A stretch of DNA of 64,000 nucleotides from Intoshia linei (Eukaryota > Animalia > Orthonectida), in NCBI GenBank assembly GCA_001642005.1, contig LWCA01000012.1:27159-91158 (forward strand), written 5' to 3'. This document shows positions 1-12,200 of this stretch, in pieces. The position numbers and the translations under genes were made by a program. Within the stretch, counting starts at the first letter, position 1. Each line of letters begins with the position of its first letter. The notes under the pieces are model-generated. The model was given only the letters and a program-made list of their open reading frames with translations. It was not told the origin of the DNA and searched no databases.

Positions 1-3000
1 TTGATGGCAATTTAATCATATTTTCAAATGTCCAATTCAACTGTCTAACTTCATGTTCGTGGCGCTTTTTTGTTTGATTCAATTCATTCAACAATTTGTC
101 GTTGGTATTCATTAGTGCCCTAAAATTTATATTTTTACAAACAAAATTAAAATTTAATACGAATGACTTTCTTTTATAATTTTTGTCATTTCTTTAAATT
201 TGTCCATATTTTCAACTTTTTTTAGTTCAGCCTGACAACTTTTTTCAGATTGAGCTAGATTAAATTTAATAATATTTAGGCCTTAAATTTTAAGGTTTTA
301 CCTCTTGGGATGCATTCAGTACATTCAATAATTTCGTTTATTTTTTCTATTTTTTTATTTTCAATGTTTATAATATATTTTGTTACCTTTTAAAATGTTT
401 TCAATTTTGTATGGAACATTTACATACAATTTTATTGTACTCAATATGTTGATCACTTTTTTATCTTCAAATTTATCAGTATGTGAAGTTTCTTTCGTAT
501 GAACATTTTTTTCTATTTTTGTGTGACCATTTGTCTAAATTTTATAATTTATAATGCATTGCAATGTTTTAAAATTCGGTTTTAATTTTTTTAATTATAC
601 CACTTTTTTTGAGTTTAATACCCAATTTTGAACGGGGTCTAAATTTTTTTTATTATGGTTTCTTTTATATAATTTATATACTTGAATGTCTAGTAATATA
701 AGCTTTTGCTTTGTAGTTTCGTGAATTTTCCACTTCTTTCATGTAACTAGGTTTCTGGTTTTGTGTTATTTTTTTTTCTCTAAATTATTTTTACTACTTT
801 TATATTTTAGTCATCTTACTCCAAATTATGTTGACAGTTTAGTTTTTCTTTGTATGTTTTGTAAACATATTTGTAGTTTTCTTTCAATGTTTCTAATTTT
901 TATATTTTTATCATCCCTTACTTCTATAAAAATGAATGTCTGTGTATCTGTCTGTTACCGTTTATTTAAAAAATTGACAGTCGTATGATTTTCAAAATCC
1001 AAATTACTAATACAGTTTTACTCACTACGTGTTTATATCTATTTCAAGTTCATTTCTTGAGTCCTTCAAAGTCAAAACCCAATTTCTCTTTTTTAAAAAA
1101 AAATCAACCCAAAAATTTAATAAAACATGCCTTCTGAGACGCGTTTTAAAATCATTAACATTTTCGTTAATTTTAGCCTCAAAAACGCATACCTTCATGG
1201 TTAAATCTCAAATTACCCTTTGTTTTAAAAATAAAACATGCCCTAAAATATTATAAAACATAAATTCTGCCATAGTTTTTAAAATTATCAGCATTATCAT
1301 AAATGGTAACCTCAAAAAAGATAATTTTCACGATCAAAACCACAGATTACCATTTATATTAAAAAAGTATAATATATTTTTATATATAAAAGACTAAGAG
1401 TTCTACAGCACAACCAGAACATAAATTTCAAATCGTTCCTATTACTGCTCTGTAAGCGTTATAGGTAAACCTTATAGGTTGTCATCACAATTTATTTTTA
1501 TAAACTTAAAGTTCTTTAATTTATCATATTTAAAATTTGATATTTTTAAAATACAAAAAGTTGGTGGTCATTTTAAGAATTAAAACATTTCAATCACACC
1601 ATCTTGTTCGCAATAAAAAGTTTCATGTTTACCATAGGGCTACTTTTATTAGTTTGAATAAGGACACAGGTTATTAACTAAACATTTCAATTTTTAAATT
1701 TGATTCTAGCTCGATTTTTGTGATTTTTATCGACGTTCAAATTTCGGTTATTTATACAATAATGTGTATAGACGTTTTCAAAATACAGTCGATTCTGTAC
1801 TATATGAACATCCTAGAATATGAACTCAGTTTAATATGAACACGACAATTTTGTTTGAACAAACATTGATTGAACATTTCGAAACTCTTAATTATTAGCG
1901 CCATTCATATATGTTCATATTACAGTATAGTATAAACACGATTAAAACCTGGTCTCTTCATGTTCATATATAACAGAATCGACTGTACCATTTCAAATTT
2001 ACCACAATGTTTTTTTGGAAAAAATAAAGTTAAATTTAAAATTATCGATATGATTTTCAAAAGGCTATTTAAAATAATGATCGCAACTCGAATCGGTATC
2101 TTTGCAACACCCCATTCTAGATTATTTTATATATCATGATAATACACAATTTCCGCAATAATCGCTCTTAATTCTTTTATGGGTGTGACACCCTAATGGT
2201 CATATTAAATATGTATAGTATATTACTGAAATTAGTATTTATAATTACCGTTTGTTTTATCTGTTGTGGATAGAGAACTAGCACAGTAAGTTTTTTCTAG
2301 TTCAGCTAAAATGTATGCATAATATTAAGGTTCTACATTCAAAATTTTGTTAAGTATTAGTTTGTACATTGTAAAATAAGGGTGGAATAATTTTTGTCAT
2401 GCAAACTTGGATCAAAATTATACATGTCCAAAAATTGAAAATCTTGGCTTGACTTGGATGAAAGGTTTGGAGTGGTTTCCAAACATTAATGTAATTTTAA
2501 ACTATAAAATTACGTTTATCTGTGAATATGCTGGCTGAAGGTACAACTGTTTCCTTCAAACTAATTGTATCGAAATTTTTATGATTATTTTTCCAAAAGG
2601 CCATAGTTTCGTATTTTGAATATGCTAAAATACGCGTATTTATTAATTAATGGATGAGTTTTTCTAGAAAAACCTTAGATTGATGAAAAAATTAAATGTT
2701 TGATAACTGGTTAATAAATAAAATTTAAATTACCAGTCCTAGGTTTAGACAATTCGTTGACTTGGTTTATACGTGATTGATATGTAGGCTTTTTGGGTAT
2801 TTCTAGCTTTATCTCATTTTCAATTTTCAAGTTTAATTTATCCTTTTCTTGTAAAGCCAAATTCTTTTCTCTTTGACTTATTAATCGATCATCTATAATT
2901 TTGCATTAGATTTAGGTTGTGGATATTTTTGACTAATTTTCTTGATTTATAATCGATTAATTATAAAGATTAGTCTTTTCTTACAAATTATAACTAAATT

Positions 3001-3635
3001 TTTTTTTGGTTATTTTTTAATGTCATGTTCATTGAAAATTCATGAAATGATAAGTATGGATCAATTCAATTTGTCAATGTTATTCATGGATCATAGAATA
3101 TTATACTGTATTATTTTTTTAAATTTATGATAAAATTTACCCAACTTTTGTAAATTTGGCAAAATATTAATTAAAACAAATCGATATTGAATAGTTTGAT
3201 TTCTTGAAATTGGATTTAGTCGAATATCCACATCTTCTAGTAGAGTATTATACCTCAAACGTTTAATTTCGTCAACAGAATCGATGCAATTGTAATATCT
3301 TTTTTTTAAAATATAATAAAATCTTTAAAAAAATTAAATAAATGATGTAACAAATACATGTTCAATTTCATCAAATTTTGCAAATGATTCAAGCCCTATA
3401 ATTTATTTATTTTGATTTTACATTAAAATATATAACTTACAGTCAATTCTTGAATAGCATTTCTAGAAATATCGAGTGACTTTAAATTGCAAAAATTTAT
3501 GAGTGAAAACCCTAAACATTTAATTTTTGTTCCAATAATGTACGATCCAGGCAAATTTAAAGATTTCACTTTAATTAAATTGTTTTTGTCTATATTGACA
3601 TGTGATAGAATCCATTCTTGGGTAATGGTCGTCAT
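1..3635 (-). CDS. CEP72: CEP72/LRRC36-like leucine-rich-repeat centrosomal protein, multi-exon, 3' end beyond window start
   Basis: Spliced translation from ATG 3635: MTTITQEWILSHVNIDKNNLIKVKSLNLPGSY..LKSLDISRNAIQELT|GLESFANLMKLNI|YYNCIDSVDEIKRLRYNTLLEDVDIRLNPISRNQTIQYRFVLINILPNLQKL|DDRLISQREK. This follows the CEP72 N-terminal LRR/LRRcap pattern (SLSIPGTY..LKSLDLSRN..YYNCI..VDFRLNPV..LQQLDDR). Downstream exons (about 2514-2624, 2249-2306, <950) are less certain. Confidence 0.8.
1786..1985. mobile_element. Tc1/mariner (pogo/Tigger-type) MITE in CEP72-like intron
   Basis: Terminal inverted repeats CAGTCGATTCTGT..TATATGAACAT / ATGTTCATATA..ACAGAATCGACTG, TA on both sides (1784-85, 1986-87), internal ATATGAAC repeats, no ORF. 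Confidence 0.8.
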
Positions 3636-5139
3636 TTTGTAATTGAATTATTTGATTTATAATTTAATTAAAAATGTGAATCAAATTGTAAATTTAAGGT
3701 AAAAAATACTGAATTTTGATGCTCTGTAATATTTACGTTAACTACTCATATAATAGTTCATAATTTGGATCTAAATTTGTTTTAGTGTTTCTATTGATTG
3801 AGTAAGTGCATAATTGTAAATCAACAATTTAATGTCTAGGAAAAATTAAAATTTTATTGGTATTCAGTTATGATTCATTGATTAATCAATTTTTTAATGG
3901 TAATTTCAATCTATCAACACGAAGAGTTTTACAAATGTAAAATTCTTTTGAAAAATATTTAGTTTTTTAAGTTTATTTCAAATTATTACAATTTTATTTA
4001 TCAAATATATATTGACCTGTAAAGGGTACCATTTTTATCATTTTATGATTGACGTGATTGATATATATTAACACTCCTTCTACGGTGTCGTTTTGATTGA
4101 TATCTTGGTCTATATAGGTGTTTTATATGTAAATATAAAATAAAATTAATAAATATAATGCCTGGTAATCAGTATTCAACTTTTTTATGTATAAAACAGA
4201 GTTCGTTACTAGGCTACCCAAGGATTTTAATTTACGTACATTTCCACTATTGTACAGCTTCATTAAAGCTAGTTTAGAGTACCTAGTTTAGTGGTGTATA
4301 GGTTTACTCGAGATTAATCTACTCTGTAACTGGAGGCAAACTATGAAAACATTTTGAAATTATCTAAATGATTTTAATTTGGCGGGAAATACGCAAATAA
4401 TATACGAAACAGGCCTAATTTTTCAATTTTAAGTGACCTCAAAACGTACCACAATGCATCAAATGTGAAAATGTTATGCAATTGATTAAATTTTTATTGT
4501 ATGAAAAAAAACTTGGTGAACTGTCTATTTTTTAATTTATTTCCATTTCAATGTGTATGCATTTGTTCCGAGTCATAATTGTTATGGAATGTCTTTTTAG
4601 TTTTCATTATTCAATTATAAATAATGTACTACTGCATGAATATACTTTATACGTATTAATAAGCATAACAAGGTTTATAAAAACTTGCTTAAATTTTATT
4701 ACGGAACATTGAACATTCATTAATGAATTTAATGTACTTTGTTCAGTAAAATAAATGGTAAATTGCATGCAAGAAATTCAAGATTTATAAAATGTTTAAT
4801 TTTTACTAATTTGTTTCGAATAGCATTTGTGAGTTACGGTCCTACTCTAGTTTTTGTAATAACCTGTCTTTAATAATAAATAACAACATTTTAATATAAA
4901 TACAATATAATATAATAATTAATACAAAAATGTTAGGATAAATATGAAAGATAACTTCATTTTATGTATAATCAGCTTTTATTTTGTTTCTATGGATAAT
5001 TATGTTGGAAATTCCTTTGATGTGTTTATCATGATTTGTGAACAATTTTGTTTTTTTAAATTAATTTCTAGCTAATTTATTTTGTTTTTTTAAAGATGTT
5101 TGAATACCTCATAATTAACCCCAAAAACTATACGTAAAA

Positions 5140-5760
5140 TCCTTACTTATATAATATGCTTTTTTTTCTGTATGTGTGTGTGTTATGGTTTATTCCAATA
5201 ATTACCAGTCTTAGAATTTTATAAAGTCCAATTTCAATTACAGTTCTTTCCGGGGTGTTAGCAATATAAATTTCAACATCCAAAAATCACATCTTACGAG
5301 TCAAAAAGTATAATATTAGTAATAATAGTATTAAGTAGTAGTAATAAATAGTATAATAACACAATTATAATTAAATTGATTCTAATTTTGAAAAAATTTG
5401 AAAACAAGAAATTTTGTAGCAATGATAAAAAATTAAAGTAGTCAATTTATGAGATTGAAACCCATATTTCTGTATTTTAAATATGCATAAGTTATTATAC
5501 CATATTTTTTGAAATTTTAGGATCAATATTTTTAATTTTAATTTGAAAAATATTGATTGATAATTATCAACTATTATAATATATATTAATAATTATTTTT
5601 GACTGAGATTCCCGGTCTGGGAATGGGTAGATTTTTGAAGTTGAAGTTGAAAAAAATGTTTTTTTTACACAAGTACATTTTTATATATAAAATTGGTACG
5701 AATTTAAGTTGAATTTACCAAGCAAATATAAATTACAATTGTTTATAATTTTTGAACATA
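5140..5760 (+). mobile_element. Helitron-like non-autonomous repeat, 5' part (partial copy)
   Basis: Begins A|TCCTTACTTATATAATATGCT, then a TG microsatellite and TTAGAATTTTATAAAGTCCA..TTTCAATTACAG shared with the copy at 13801-14654. Right boundary approximate. Confidence 0.55.
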
Positions 5761-7789
5761 TATTTTCAACTTTAATAGTTAATTTACTAACATTAATGAA
5801 TGTCGAAAATGATCTTTCACTAAGTTAAAGGTCAATATTATACCGTTTCATAAAAAAAAATTTGAAAATATTTTGGACATTTCTTGCAAACTTTCAAATG
5901 ATGAAATCATTTGAATATTCGACATTTTTAAAAATTTTATAAATTCAGATAAAATTTATTTATCAATTGAAAATCGGTATTATTTAAATTTACTAACACA
6001 AAAACGGATTATTAAAATTTTCAATAAACTAACTGAAATCATAAAATGAAAACTTTAAACTTCTAGATGTGGGGTTTTTTTAGAAAAAAATTAAAAATAT
6101 TAATATCATTTTGCAGCAAATTAAGCAACGCTCATTTTCTATATATGTCATTTTTATATTAGAAAAATGGAATAGCCCTATTGTACATTGTACTTTAGGC
6201 TGTTTCGAAAAGGAATGAATTTTGGAAAATATAAAGATTTATCAATAGAAAACATGAAAAATTATCTAAAAATCACATTCTGATAAAAATTTTTTATTGG
6301 TTAACAAAAAAACCTCTCTGGTCAGACGCTTGAATTCCCTAAATCGGTTAAAACTATGCAATTTTGTATATACATTGATTTGACAGGCTAAATTTTGTAT
6401 ATATGAGGCTAGTATATATGAAATTGGGAGGTTGAAATTTATCTTATACGTCCCGAAAAAAATTGTAATTGAAATGTGGACTTTATAAAATTCTAAGAAG
6501 GATAGTTATTGAAATAAAGCGTAAGACAGACCAACAGACATACACACACACAAACAAAAATCACGTAGCATATTATATAAGTTATATACAAGAAAAAATA
6601 TTTCACTAAAATTGAAACTCTAAGAGGTTTTTTTTTAAATTCAAGCAAAAGGGTTTCGTAATAATTTAATTTTATCTGAAAAATCATGTTTTCTATTGAT
6701 AAATTTTTGTTTTTGTGATTTTGGAAACATCCTATTGTACATAGTATGTAGTTTTGTATTGACATGGATACATTATTGAGAAAAAACTGATTGACCTTCA
6801 AATAAGCGCATTTTTAAGTTAATTGGTGCATTTACAATCAAATTAAATTAAATATTGTTATTTTGATTTAATTTTGTTGAAATTTCTTCTTTTTTACGAT
6901 ATATTAAATTTAGTGTTTTAACCTGAGCTCAGATCGAAAACCTGATATGTTAATATTTTTTAAATTGATTTGATTAAAAATTTAGTAAAATCTAACCCTG
7001 AAATAGATGTCTTTCTGTAATGAGAAAGTTTTTGCATATACAATACAATTGTATAATATATATATTATACAATTTTTTTTGTATTCTGGGAGAACCACGT
7101 AGATTTTAGTATATTTCTGTATATACTATTTTGTAGTTTGTCTGTAAAGTCTAAAAGTTAGTTTTTTTAGAGTTTGTTGGAATTATGCTTTTGAATTTCA
7201 AATTTTGAATTTTGATTCTGAATTTTGCTTAAATGACATTAACCAACTTTTTATATCAGTATATCAGAAATTTAAATGTGTAGTAGATTGAAAAAATAAA
7301 TAACCATATTCTTCTTTGTAATCCGAACCGTCATTAGTGGCCCATACAGTATATATCGTGATATTTTTCATCTTATAATTAACAAATTATAATTTTTAAA
7401 TATTTAATGAATATCTAGTTTTTCGTTATTTACTGTGGATATTGTACATATCTTTAAACTTGAACAATTCAAATTTTCATACAAGTTTAAATAGTTACTG
7501 TAAACTACGCAAACATAAAAAAGTGATAGGTTATACAAGTATTGACCAGTTTGAGCAATATCGCTGTTAGTGGGGATGAGAATATAATAAAGATATGCGA
7601 TGACATAAAAGGGGTTTATTACAATGTATAATAATTTTATTAGGTTGATTAATTAATTGGGTTGATTGGACCAAGTAATAATCTTTTAGGTTTCCACAAT
7701 TTGTTAAAACAAAAAAAATGGAGAATACAGATTTTTAAAAGGTTACAGGAAACTTACTAAAATAACCTGTAATACAATATATAATATTT

Positions 7790-8746
7790 TTGAAGGATGC
7801 ATAATATGCATTGGATATCCGCCTGTTAACCAAAGATCTATTGTAATAATAAACATGGAAAAAATATTTACAAAGTTAGATTTTAAATCGGGTTATTGGC
7901 AAATTCCTATCCAACAAAATCATCATAAAAAACAGCTTTTTCTTATGGATATCGAAGTATTCTAATTCAGTGAATTGGCTGACAAATGCATCGGCTACCT
8001 CTCAACGTATTATGGACAAAATATTATAAGATAATGCTGCTGATTATATGGATATTATAATTTTTCCATGTGATGTTAGGGAACATAAGAAGAACCTTGA
8101 AAAGGTGTTCAAGGCTATACAAAAAGCTAGATTGAGATTACATTAATCAAAGTGTATCATGGGAGAGACAGAAATGAGATTCAAAGGATAAATTAATGAA
8201 AAAAATTATTGGCGTTAAACCAGAACCAGAAAAATTTTAATCAGTAGAAGCACCAATAAAAATTAGACTAGCTCGATCTTTTATGGGAATAACCAATGAA
8301 CACCGTCAGTTTAACCAACATTTTACAGATATTACTTGGCCAATATAAGAAGCCATCATAAGGATATGTAAATATACACAGTAATGTACCATTTCTTTTG
8401 AATCATTTAAAGAGGAATTCTCAAAAATATCAACATTCTTGATGGAAAAACAGGATGAGCCATTTACTTTAGAAGCAGACACTTCTAATAATGATTTTCG
8501 AACGGTACTAAAACAAGATGATCATCACGTGTACTATGCAAGTCGCATTCTTTTAGAAACTACATCAATATAGAAAAACAATTATCAACGATAAATTGGA
8601 AGGAAAAAAATCAGACATTATGTGTACGGATCACATTCAATCTAAAACCCTCACTAAGCGACAATTCAGTCAAATTAACAAATCGCAAGATTATTATTTC
8701 AAAATATTATAGATAACTTAGCATCATAGCGGACTCTTTGTCCAGG
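7790..8746 (+). pseudogene. Decayed Ty3/Gypsy retrotransposon pol (reverse transcriptase + RNase H)
   Basis: Motifs in canonical order, broken by stops and frameshifts: KLDFKSGYWQIPI (about 7873), GLTNASATSQRIMDKIL, YMDI-IIF (YxDD region), FMGITN, PFTLEADTS (about 8460), YYASR, IIADSLSR (about 8740). Confidence 0.88.
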
Positions 8747-9238
8747 TATGCAACAATTTCGAGTAGAGCAATTATCAGAAAAAATGGTGCGGGTGTTAAA
8801 GTTGAACAGAATAACCATTATATCATGGTCGATGAGGCGAAGTTTCGTGTTACCAATAAACCCATAATAAAAAAAACGATCTGAGTAAACTAGAAAAAAG
8901 ATTTTCATTTCTAAACAATATTTAGCAAAGAAGAGATTACATTGTCAATTACAATTCCTGAAGCTCCAATTTAACTTATTAAGAAAGACATCTACATCAT
9001 TTCAACCTAGGCATACTGAAAATTTAAAAAATTATAATGTGCAATTAACAAAGTAAGTAATACTTGTTCTCTTTCACACGTCTTGATTTATTTAAGATTA
9101 CAAATAATTAGTAAAATGTATATTTTATTGTACATTGTACAATAATATCCGCATTGTGCAAAAGTAAATAATTTGAAACAATTATGGTCTACAACCAATA
9201 AACACAATATATCGATTACCATTAATAAAATTATTATT

Positions 9239-12200
9239 ATGGTAAAATCAATTGTAAAATTTCAAAAGAATTTAGCAAATGATGATATGTGGAAATCTAT
9301 GTTGATCAATGAAGGCGTAAATGGTATTTTTAAAGAATATCCAATATTTTTAATATAACATTACAAATTAGAAATTGGAAATTTTTCAAAATAAATCAAT
9401 TTTTTTCATATTTTTAATAGGAAAATTATATAAAAGTGTATAACTTGAAAAAATAACCTTGCATTAAGGTGTTCCACGGTATCAAACTAATTAAGTTCAT
9501 ATAGGAATTCAATGATGAAAAAATTTTTCATTTTATCTTTGTTTTGATGTCGGCATATACTTTTCAATATCTTGAAATTATTATTATAGTAAAATAAACA
9601 ACAATAAAAATTAAAACTCAAATGTATTTTTAAAAATTAAATTTGCGCCTTATCTATGGTACATAAAGTTTTTGATTTGATATAATCAAGTTTGAAATGC
9701 GGCCCTAACCTGTATAATATACAGTTTATAAGATACAATAAAGCCAAAATTGTATATCACTACTAATATTAGTATTAATAATATATAACGTAGTCATTGA
9801 TGTATATCAAAAATGGTGTGGAGCATGCAGTGCCTTAAATAATCAATTAATGACAACTATGTTTGATAAAGATATTGAACTCAATTTTTATTCGGTATAT
9901 TAACCAATTGAGGAATATTCTTTATTTTTAAATGAGATTTGTTGTAAAATTTAAAATATATATGTGGAATTGCATTGTATTTATTACACCACATGTCATT
10001 TTTGCACTAATGAATTACAAAAGAAATTAAAAGCCAATAAATTTTAGATTTTTAACTTAAATAATTAACTATAGCACAGGTTTTTGTGATATTCAAATTA
10101 TTTAATATTATCTATCGCACAGGCTTTTGCGATTTTATAATTTATTCATATTATCCATCGCACGTACTCGTGCGTAATAGTTTTGTTTATATTTGGCCCG
10201 CTAATTAATTAAACAAATTAAGTTTGACACTCCGGCTCTAGAAACAACTTCTTATCTTAAAATTAACTTTAGTCAATATTTTTAAACATAATATTAATAT
10301 ACATATGTATCCTATGATTTACTATGTGATTCTATATAAGGAAATTCATAGAGAGGAATGTTTAAGGTCTATTTTTCAGTGCGGTTAATCCGTCTATTGC
10401 AGCGGTTCGCAACATAATTCGCAGTTGGTACCCCTAAACAAAAAAAAATATAATTTGGTACCCCATAATAATTTCTATTTATTGTAACTATGATACCATG
10501 TGAATTAAAAAAAATCAAATAAAATAAATAGTTAGTTAAACTCTACTTTATTAAAAATAGATACATAAATGTATTATGAAATTTTAAAAATATTTATAAT
10601 TTATTAATCATAAGGTGTGAATCATAGGATGAGACGAACTGGCATGCCAAAATAATTTATGGTTCCCCTAGGGGGTACCAGCACCCCAATTTTAGAACCG
10701 CTGCTTTATTGTGTCATTATATGACTAAATCTACTCTTAGTACAATTATTATATGACCCATTAGCAAAATCAGATTTTGAGAAAATAAAATTATTATTTA
10801 AAATTATGTACTATAGGCATGTGTAGAAGATATTGAAGACTTGACAAAATTCAAAGGACACTGCATTCCAACAACATTACTATTTTCGGTTAATTAATAT
10901 ATACTTTTATTATGAACTCTTTTCCGCTTTGGCATTGCATAATATGAAGTGCATATGCAGACCAATAATATAGTATAGCGGTTTCACATCCAATGATTTA
11001 TATACGCATCATTCAAAATTTTCAAAATAATTAAATAGTTTATATCGCCCATTGGGTGTCTTCCAAAATAAAAATACTTAAATCAAACAATTTTTAATAA
11101 TAATTACAATTTAACAACTCTTTAGCTATAAATTTAGTCTTACCAACCCTACTCGAAAAAATCTAGTTTACTAACCCTTTAGGGAAAAATTTGGTTTTAC
11201 TAATCCTCACAGGAAAAATCCAATTTTACCAACTGACATGCGATTCTAAAACACGCTCTGTTTTCATGTTGTGTATTGAATTAGATTGCTTTATACAACT
11301 ATTAAATTCCATTTAGTTTACAAAATATCAGTCGGTATGCTTATCAAGCCTTACTTCCTTGTTAATGTATTCCTGTAACTATATTTAAACTACTTTAACT
11401 AAATAATCCAACCCTTAAGGAAGAAATCCCTTTGTACCAATATTTTTTTAAAAATCCATTTTTACCAAAGTTTTAGAATAAAAACTACTCTATCTGATTC
11501 CAAAATAAAAAATCCAATTTTACCAAACCTTAACGAAAAAAATCGCTTTTATCAAAATTTTTATGAAAAATTCTATTTTACCAAACTTTTAGATCAATAA
11601 TTCCTCTAACTGATTTCATAAGAAAAAACATGATTTTAAAAAAAATTGAAAAATCACCTTTTACTAATATTTTTTTGAAAAAATATTAATCATTAATTTT
11701 TCGGTAAATAATTAATAATAATTGGACAACAGAAAAAAGTTCTATTAAAAACTAGTGGAAGACATAAAAAAAATAAAAATAAATATGTAAATATTAATAA
11801 TTACATAAAAAAAGATATCAGTGACTGCCTTGATTTTGTGAGCCTTCGCTAACATTTGAGAAACTGGGGCAAAGTCAAGAATGTAACTTTTTAATTAAAA
11901 TATTTTAAATAGACCTTGAATAAAATCTCATTTTATCTTTTCAATTTGAAGTAAAATGATATATTTCATTATGATCAGAAGTATTGCCCACGGCCGCACG
12001 TTGTTCACCCCTGGTCTAGACGAAGTAATACAAACTGTATTAGTAAAATTTATTAAAAACATCAAAGTAAGTGTATATTAAATAATTGGAATAAATTAAA
12101 GTTTTTGAATTAAAGAATTAAAAACAACTCGTTTATCGTTATTGGATTCATATACCACGTATGCATAAAATGTAGAGTCAATTCTAATTTCAGTTGGAGT

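Noticed and set aside
6493-6801. 102-aa minus-strand ORF (similarly 761-1256 and 16589-16813)
   Set aside because: Lies in or overlaps Helitron-like repeat or antisense exon sequence; low-complexity F/I/K/L composition and no motif.
7560-9100. LTR pair around the Gypsy pol relic
   Set aside because: No matching direct repeats, PBS or PPT could be identified by eye.
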